Positions 57,966 through 64,000 of a stretch of DNA of 64,000 bases are shown piece by piece (positions within the stretch are counted from its first letter, which is position 1; each line of letters begins with the position of its first letter). Location of the stretch: the sequence record KX397373.1. The stretch is one strand, 5' to 3'. The translations under genes were made by a program, and so were the position numbers. The notes under the pieces are model-generated. The model was not told the origin of the DNA and searched no databases. It saw nothing but the letters and a program-made list of their open reading frames with translations.

Positions 57966-58436
57966 ATGAAAGTTTTGCTGTTGGTTGGTGTGATGTTGCT
58001 TGTTGGGTGTAACATCGCACAACGTAACAGCGCTACGGTGCAAACCTCAACCGGCTGGCCTTTCCGGCAGCTGGATGAGCCACCTAAAGCACCGACGAAT
58101 GTGTCTGGGGCAGCGGGGGATTTGGCCAAGAAACTTTATGTGGCCGATGTAAACGCGTACGCTTATTACGTTTACTTATATGCTAAGTCCTTGAACAACT
58201 ACGCGGAGACCCAAGGATGGCACCCGCCGATGGTTGCGCCTTTGTGCGAAGAGTTTATTTATCCCGAGGTACACGATATTCCGATGTCCATTGTTTTGGA
58301 CGAACGTGCACGTACGCCTCAAGCCATCAGCCGTGATTTGTCACGTCAGCTGAAGGTGTTGCTGATTAATTACCGTAACGATCGTAAAGCGGTTAAAGAA
58401 GCAGCATTGGCCCATAAAGCCACCTGTCTGAACTGA
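57966..58436 (+). CDS. Lipoprotein (o-spanin/Rz1-like candidate)
   Basis: MKVLLLVGVMLLVG-C lipobox; Pro-rich; directly after 57453. Confidence 0.55.
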   Translation: MKVLLLVGVMLLVGCNIAQRNSATVQTSTGWPFRQLDEPPKAPTNVSGAAGDLAKKLYVADVNAYAYYVYLYAKSLNNYAETQGWHPPMVAPLCEEFIYPEVHDIPMSIVLDERARTPQAISRDLSRQLKVLLINYRNDRKAVKEAALAHKATCLN

Positions 58437-58440
58437 GTCA

Positions 58441-58480
58441 GTCCTCCTATGCCTTCGGGTGTAGGAGGACGCTCTTTTTT
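58441..58480 (+). terminator. Intrinsic terminator (UUCG loop)
   Basis: GTCCTCCTATGCC-TTCG-GGTGTAGGAGGAC followed by a T-run. Confidence 0.9.
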
Positions 58481-58519
58481 AACGTTTTTAGCCATCCTAA
58501 TGTAACCCCTTATAAGGAA

Positions 58520-59266
58520 TTGAAAATCATGCTGCCAATCTATCCCAAGCCATATATGCCGACCATGCCCTCGATTGTTGTGGGGGCGGATGTTGAAACC
58601 CAATCCTTGCGTGACGATGCGTATATCATCGCCATGGGCCTTGTAGGCTTTGATATCCCCACCATGAAAATGGTAGGGTCGTTCTACAAGACGATTGACC
58701 CGAAAGATCCAAAGGCGATGGAAATCTTTCACATCGACCCATCAACGTTAGGTTGGTGGGAAGGTAAAGACAACCCGGATTACGCCCCGACTGAGCAGGC
58801 CCGTATTGAAGCCTTCTCGGGTACGGAAAAAATCGACCAGGTATTGTGGGAAGCGAAAAAGTGGCTGGACACCATTTCGGCCAACCACGAAATCGTCATT
58901 ACCATGCGCGGGCCGGAATTCGACAGCCCGAAAATCATGAACGCGTTCCAGCAGTGCGATGTGCCTGCGGGCAAGTTCCGGAAGTTCTCTATTCTGGATT
59001 CTGACCGTACCACTGAGCGACTGGCTCACGCGTTTGGCCTGGTGCCGAATCACACCGCAGAAGCCCATCACTGGACACGCGGTAAAGACGCCTACGAACA
59101 CAATGCCGGTTTCGATGCAGCAAAAGAAGCGTACTGTACCGCTCGCATGTATCACCTCGCGCTCGTGGCGAAAACTTACGGCTTCGAAAGAATGCTGGAA
59201 TGCCACAACGAGATGTGCAGCGGCGAATACGTTGCTCCGCAGTTGAGAAACCAGTTACAAGCTTAA
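58520..59266 (+). CDS. DEDDh 3'-5' exonuclease (DnaQ-like)
   Basis: ADVET (ExoI), RGPEFD (ExoII), HNAGFDA (ExoIII). Confidence 0.8.
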   Translation: MKIMLPIYPKPYMPTMPSIVVGADVETQSLRDDAYIIAMGLVGFDIPTMKMVGSFYKTIDPKDPKAMEIFHIDPSTLGWWEGKDNPDYAPTEQARIEAFSGTEKIDQVLWEAKKWLDTISANHEIVITMRGPEFDSPKIMNAFQQCDVPAGKFRKFSILDSDRTTERLAHAFGLVPNHTAEAHHWTRGKDAYEHNAGFDAAKEAYCTARMYHLALVAKTYGFERMLECHNEMCSGEYVAPQLRNQLQA

Positions 59267-59276
59267 GAGAATAAGA

Positions 59277-60788
59277 ATGAGAGACGTCGATGTAGCTGTT
59301 ATCTACACAGACGGTAGCCACACATCTGCCCCGGTTGGTACCGGGGCAGGTATTCACGGTTACCTGTTTAACCACGGAGACTTGGAGCCGGATCACGGTT
59401 ATCGTCATCCAAGTATCTCGGAAGCCATCACAACAGGAGGTTATAAGCAAGTTCCGAAAGACACCAAACTTCCGGACGTGCCTGAGTCTGTACAGTTCGT
59501 CGACGCTGTGGTACCGGTACCCAAAGAATTCTATTCTGACGTGGGTGAGTTAATTGCTTTCCTGACGCTGTTCGAAAGCGCACCGTTTCAGGCGCGCAAT
59601 TACGTCATCTTCGTGGATGCCACGTATGTCCTCAATACGTACAACGATTGGATTGACGGGTGGGCCAGGAACGGTTGGCGTCGTGCAGACGGCACCCCGA
59701 TTGCTAACGTCGAGCTTATCAAACGTATCTGGGAAGTGAAGCAACGCCTTAAAAAGGAAGGTCGTGGTGTTAAGCTTCTTAAAATCAAAGGTCACTCTGG
59801 ACGATACGGGAATGACCGTGCTGATGAAATGGCGCGTAAAGGCTCTGCAATCTCTGCAACCGGTGAAGGGGTCATGTACCAAGCCTATTGGTCACAAGAC
59901 GAACTGCCGCAGTGTGCGGAACCGGAAGTCATAGGCGCGGGTAACAACATGGCAGCCTATTCGCCGATTTGCACCATGAAGTATTGCTATCCGGTTGTTG
60001 AGGAAACCCCACCGACGGCAGAGATCAAAGGTGAAACGTTCCACTACATGTTCGGGGGCAACCACGCAAAGAACAAAGACGACTTGGTGTTTATTGGGAA
60101 GATGATTCCCGAAGCCCACTTCGCGGTGCTCTTTACGAAAGAACCCTGGGACAACGTCTATACCATTGTGAATGCACACAATCAGGAAGCGTGGGACAAC
60201 GTGCCGGTACAACGACGTTATCAACCGGTGGCGGTACTGAACAACGAATTCGTCAAGCGTAAGAAGTTTGCCGAAGCGGCGAAGGATGGTATTCCGGTGT
60301 TGCAAATGCGGTTCAGTGAAGACAAGAATGTGTGGTTCTTTGATGACCTGGCCATTTCGCGAATGCTACGTCCGCCGTTGTTGTCGTATCGGGCGTTGAA
60401 GATTCGTGACGAGTTGGCGGGGTGGTTAAACGACTGTCTGACCGAGCAGCCACGGGTGGTGATGAACGACATTACCGATATGCTGTATGACGAAAACGGC
60501 AAGCCACGCAAAGACTTCTACCGCTCGGTTGACCGTAGTTTCGACGTGCAGTTGAAAATCCCAGCGGGCAAAGTTGAGATTCCGATTATCCTCACGCGTT
60601 CAATCGACATCCCTTCGCGTACGGAGCTGAACCGTATCAAAGAACCGGAAGGGCGTTTCTACGTGGCCGTAACGCGTCCACAGGAACGCTACATCGAGTA
60701 TGCGATTGTGTATGTTGGGAAAGAGTATCATGGGTTGTGGTGTGCGTACTACGCCAACAAACGCATCCTGAACGACAAAGAGGTGTAA
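59277..60788 (+). CDS. rnhA: Ribonuclease HI with a long C-terminal extension
   Basis: IYTDGS, GELIAF, FVDATYV, W..NGW, N..L, KIKGHSG..GNDRADEMARKG. Confidence 0.88.
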   Translation: MRDVDVAVIYTDGSHTSAPVGTGAGIHGYLFNHGDLEPDHGYRHPSISEAITTGGYKQVPKDTKLPDVPESVQFVDAVVPVPKEFYSDVGELIAFLTLFESAPFQARNYVIFVDATYVLNTYNDWIDGWARNGWRRADGTPIANVELIKRIWEVKQRLKKEGRGVKLLKIKGHSGRYGNDRADEMARKGSAISATGEGVMYQAYWSQDELPQCAEPEVIGAGNNMAAYSPICTMKYCYPVVEETPPTAEIKGETFHYMFGGNHAKNKDDLVFIGKMIPEAHFAVLFTKEPWDNVYTIVNAHNQEAWDNVPVQRRYQPVAVLNNEFVKRKKFAEAAKDGIPVLQMRFSEDKNVWFFDDLAISRMLRPPLLSYRALKIRDELAGWLNDCLTEQPRVVMNDITDMLYDENGKPRKDFYRSVDRSFDVQLKIPAGKVEIPIILTRSIDIPSRTELNRIKEPEGRFYVAVTRPQERYIEYAIVYVGKEYHGLWCAYYANKRILNDKEV

Positions 60789-60789
60789 G

Positions 60790-61524
60790 ATGAAGCGAGT
60801 CGTGAGTGAGTCACTCACGCTCCACGCACAGAGCCTGATTAAGTGTGTGGAGAAGTATGGGTGGGATTCATGGTTAAGCCATTTACGCCTGATGGACGAT
60901 ACCGTCGAGCGTGATTGGGACAAACTGGAAGCAGTGGGTGCTGAGGCTGCTCGCGACGTTGTGGCTGAACTGGTAACGGATACCATTGCTCGATACAACG
61001 CCCGTTGCGATGAACCCATTCCCAAAACTGTACCGCCCCAGATTCCGGCATTGCCAACCGTTGACCGGCAAGCGTGCCGTATCTGGACGATGGAGGAGTT
61101 GTACGACGAACACATCCGGATGCTTAAGCCGGACGTGTTAATCACCGGAGCATTGAACTGGTACCTCACCCGTTTCTGGTCTGAACTGTGCAATATCGGC
61201 AACGACTGGGACAACGACCCGCAGCTTATCTGGTACGATCGCCAGCATTTCCATGAATCACTGAAAAGCGGCACAATTTGCCCGCTGTACGTCATTACCA
61301 GCCCGCAACAGCTGCACTTCATTACCGAGGCGGATACCTACGGTGGGTTGGTTGAGGCGGTTGCTGAGAAACCGATGGGGTTCTTTAAGCAGGGTGAAGC
61401 GTGGGTACTGACGGATGACATGGCCGGGTATCTGATTGACCCGGATGATTTGCATTCTGATGACGATGACTTTATCGAATATTGGGTGTTAACACCGGAA
61501 GCCCTTCAAAAAACTTTCAAATAG
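60790..61524 (+). CDS. Hypothetical protein
   Basis: 244 aa, GAGG RBS. Confidence 0.7.
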   Translation: MKRVVSESLTLHAQSLIKCVEKYGWDSWLSHLRLMDDTVERDWDKLEAVGAEAARDVVAELVTDTIARYNARCDEPIPKTVPPQIPALPTVDRQACRIWTMEELYDEHIRMLKPDVLITGALNWYLTRFWSELCNIGNDWDNDPQLIWYDRQHFHESLKSGTICPLYVITSPQQLHFITEADTYGGLVEAVAEKPMGFFKQGEAWVLTDDMAGYLIDPDDLHSDDDDFIEYWVLTPEALQKTFK

Positions 61525-61564
61525 ATATTATCTGTACGACCAGCACCACCTTAAGGAGTATGTA

Positions 61565-62299
61565 ATGCTAAAGGTACAGGTGCCACAATTGCAGAAAATC
61601 AACCCCTCGTTATTCGAGGGGCTTTTCTTTAAATTTTGGCCTCACTATTTCCGTAATGAATTGCAGGGCAATCTGAACTGGGGACTGCTGCAAAGCGAGT
61701 TCTTTTATACCGGTCAGAGTATTGCCATCGCGGTCTATTCCGGAATGCTGCGTGAGCTGTTCGACGCAGTTAATCTTGGACGGTCGCCTAACTTCCAGCG
61801 TCTGGATGTCGATTTAGCGATGCATTTCGACGCCTATGAAGCGGATGATGTCGGTACGCCATACGGGTTTGAAAACGATGTTGTAGAAAGTCAAATCTAC
61901 GGGTGGTTAGACAGCTATTCCACCTGGCTGATGTCAAATGAGATGTTAGTGAATGTCACGCAGGTTTTCGAGGCAGTGTATAACGACTTGAAAATCATCA
62001 AAGAGCAACACGGTCTCCTCGGCTACTGGTACGAGTTTTATACCACGGAATCTAAACTATGGGAATCCAACTCGTTTGCGATTGGGATTCAAGAAGGGGA
62101 CTTTGAGGCTATCTATTACGGTCCGTGGCAAGGTCACGCCGGTGATGAGTTCTATAACCGGATGGATGTCCATTCGTGGGAGTTCTTTTTATCCGACGGT
62201 AAGTTGTATTTGGAAGACGGGGCAACCCAGATTCCGGTCGGTCAGATGACGACAATGTGTCGACTGAATGACCTTGTAGGTAAGATGATAAACTTTTAA
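61565..62299 (+). CDS. Hypothetical protein
   Basis: 244 aa, TAAGGAG RBS. Confidence 0.7.
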   Translation: MLKVQVPQLQKINPSLFEGLFFKFWPHYFRNELQGNLNWGLLQSEFFYTGQSIAIAVYSGMLRELFDAVNLGRSPNFQRLDVDLAMHFDAYEADDVGTPYGFENDVVESQIYGWLDSYSTWLMSNEMLVNVTQVFEAVYNDLKIIKEQHGLLGYWYEFYTTESKLWESNSFAIGIQEGDFEAIYYGPWQGHAGDEFYNRMDVHSWEFFLSDGKLYLEDGATQIPVGQMTTMCRLNDLVGKMINF

Positions 62300-62315
62300 C
62301 CCATTAGGAGCATGT

Positions 62316-62693
62316 ATGATTCACGCAGAAATGAAAGAACTGATTCAGAACAACCTGGACGCTGGCCTGGTACTCTACGTTGTTCATCCTGAACTGAAAC
62401 AAGAATGGTTGCAGGGTCAAATGACTGACCTGCGTTGGGCCGTACTGGACACCGATGGTCGCACTTCCATTACCGACATGGGGCGGATGCTACGCCAAAC
62501 CGCACTTGAAGCAAATAAGTTGGTACAAGTGCGCACCACACAAAACGAACCACATATCCGCTTTGCCAATGAAGCCGATGTAGTGGTATTAGTTGGCTTC
62601 GCGGAAGAGAACGTACCGTTCTTCGGTGAGAACGTCATTATCTCGAAGTTCCGTACTGTTCAAGAAATTCCCCGTAAAGTGTTCCCGATTTGA
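62316..62693 (+). CDS. Hypothetical protein
   Basis: 125 aa, AGGAG RBS. Confidence 0.7.
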   Translation: MIHAEMKELIQNNLDAGLVLYVVHPELKQEWLQGQMTDLRWAVLDTDGRTSITDMGRMLRQTALEANKLVQVRTTQNEPHIRFANEADVVVLVGFAEENVPFFGENVIISKFRTVQEIPRKVFPI

Positions 62694-63511
62694 AACGGGT
62701 CAAGATGTACGCGTTGTTGATGCTGGATGATTGGTTCCAGCACCAAACGACGAACAAGAAAGCGGCGAAAATCGCGTACTTCGTCATGGGCAAAGTTATT
62801 AGTGAACTGCGTTGGGATCACTCGTCTTTCTTCGAGCAGTTACTGCGGGGATTGTGCCACGATTTCGACAACTGGGACTACAGCATTAAACGTAGCCTGT
62901 TGTTTGATGCTTGGTGGGAGGTCTCCGAAGAAAACGAATCGTGGTTTAAGCGCGATACCGAAGAAGCGAGTCGCATTATCACCAAAATGTTGTTCGACCC
63001 GTCTGACCCTCGGCAGTTGCGGATTCATAACCGCATGTACCAGATGGGTGAGAACTGGTTGTGGGCCACGCAGGAAGTCGCTGCGGCTTTAGACAGTCCG
63101 GTTTCGCTTGCCTCCTACGAAGACCTACAAGCACACAACTTGTGGTTCGGAGGGGAGGAAGAAGAGTACGGCGATGCTGTTGTGGAGCTGTATCTCTATC
63201 CTGAGGATGAAGATTGGCCTGCACTCATTGCCAAGTACCCCACCGAAGACTACGTCTGGTTGGTACGGGGCGTATTCTGGGAACCGGTGCTCGATGTGGT
63301 GTGCCACAAAGGGGTGACGATTCTCGACCGGTCAGTGATAGTGCAGCAGATGATTAGGGATATCGGTTATGATGACGGTTTACAGTCAGTCTTTGCTCGA
63401 AGTTCAGAAATGGTTCGAGACCTGCGAGACAACATCGAGACGGGGAACTCTCTATCTCCTGATAGCGGAACTGATGATCAACAGCACGCTGACGATAATC
63501 AGCAAAGTTGA
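62690..63511 (+). CDS. Hypothetical protein
   Basis: 273 aa; TTG start overlapping the upstream stop. Confidence 0.6.
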   Translation: MKRVKMYALLMLDDWFQHQTTNKKAAKIAYFVMGKVISELRWDHSSFFEQLLRGLCHDFDNWDYSIKRSLLFDAWWEVSEENESWFKRDTEEASRIITKMLFDPSDPRQLRIHNRMYQMGENWLWATQEVAAALDSPVSLASYEDLQAHNLWFGGEEEEYGDAVVELYLYPEDEDWPALIAKYPTEDYVWLVRGVFWEPVLDVVCHKGVTILDRSVIVQQMIRDIGYDDGLQSVFARSSEMVRDLRDNIETGNSLSPDSGTDDQQHADDNQQS

Positions 63512-63800
63512 TAAGCAGGTCGACTTCACGCCGGGCGAATACCGTGAGGTATTAGAGGCGTTGAAAGAGAAGTATCGGGGAATGGCAGACGCGGATATGT
63601 GGCGGGAGGCGGATAAGCATTTTACTAACCTGCTCTCCGCCCAGCCCCGTATAATCGAGCAGTTTCTGAAAGAGCTGATTAGCACTAACCATCACGGTGT
63701 TGGCATGGTGTACAATGCTAAAGACCTGGTGAGTTGTTGTTATCGGCTGCGGCAACCGGCGGATGTTGTAATTGATAACTTGGCCTTAAGGAGTATGTAA
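63369..63800 (+). CDS. Hypothetical protein (start uncertain, may be downstream)
   Basis: ORF track entry; overlaps the 62690 ORF. Confidence 0.5.
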   Translation: MMTVYSQSLLEVQKWFETCETTSRRGTLYLLIAELMINSTLTIISKVDKQVDFTPGEYREVLEALKEKYRGMADADMWREADKHFTNLLSAQPRIIEQFLKELISTNHHGVGMVYNAKDLVSCCYRLRQPADVVIDNLALRSM

Positions 63801-64000
63801 TGCGCCTGATAGTTGACTTTGCGTTAAGCGCCTCGCGGAATAATTTAAACATTGCTCTAACCGCTCTGCGTAAAGAAGTTCAATTTGAGCTGCATGATAA
63901 ACTGGCGGAGTATGAAAATAAGTATTCCGAGGAACAGGGCGGTGAAGAGGTTGCTATTCTTGATGTGGACGCAATGGTTAACTCATTGATCGGACAGATG
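63800..64000 (+). CDS. Hypothetical protein, 3'-truncated
   Basis: TAAGGAG RBS, ATG 63800, open to the window end (MRLIVDFALSASRNNL...). Confidence 0.6.
   Translation, partial: MRLIVDFALSASRNNLNIALTALRKEVQFELHDKLAEYENKYSEEQGGEEVAILDVDAMVNSLIGQM

Noticed and set aside
1-64000. Stop-codon reassignment, introns/inteins, diversity-generating retroelement, transposase or integrase
   Set aside because: Long ORFs tile the window under the standard code with TAA, TAG and TGA all used as stops. No reverse transcriptase, homing endonuclease, intein or recombinase motifs were seen.

Overview
The window is part of a large lytic dsDNA phage genome, most consistent with a phiKZ/SPN3US-like jumbo phage (Chimalliviridae-like) infecting an enterobacterium. 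This assignment is inferred from gene content: SbcC ATPase, RNase HI with a long C-terminal extension, an HxH baseplate spike, paralogous virion-protein arrays, cUUCGg terminators and a TATATTAC motif. Layout: 1-11.8 kb, virion/fibre genes including a three-gene module repeated three times; 11.8-15.1 kb, GH108 endolysin, DUF1353 and small virion proteins; 15.2-34.9 kb, a minus-strand run of four large tail-fibre/baseplate genes followed by a RiPP-like cluster; 35-37.7 kb, virion protein, DUF1471 and spike; 37.8-64 kb, mostly plus-strand early/accessory genes. The main finding is the cluster at 15193-20593. It has three paralogous Cys/Ser/Gly-rich CX2-3 repeat peptides with a shared leader, two radical SAM enzymes (one with a SPASM-like domain), two orphan genes, and a DUF4376 tail-fibre-assembly protein whose N-terminus resembles a PqqD/RiPP-recognition element. 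No exporter or protease is visible, so the cluster may crosslink virion/fibre components rather than make a secreted bacteriocin. Other notable items: a small protein carrying the EF-Tu sequence HVNVGTIGHVDH, a DarG-like macrodomain, an ART-like protein, two unannotated amphipathic peptides behind the endolysin, and four secreted Cys-containing proteins. All family calls are from motif recognition by eye; no searches were run. No tRNA, rRNA, CRISPR array or mobile element was seen.
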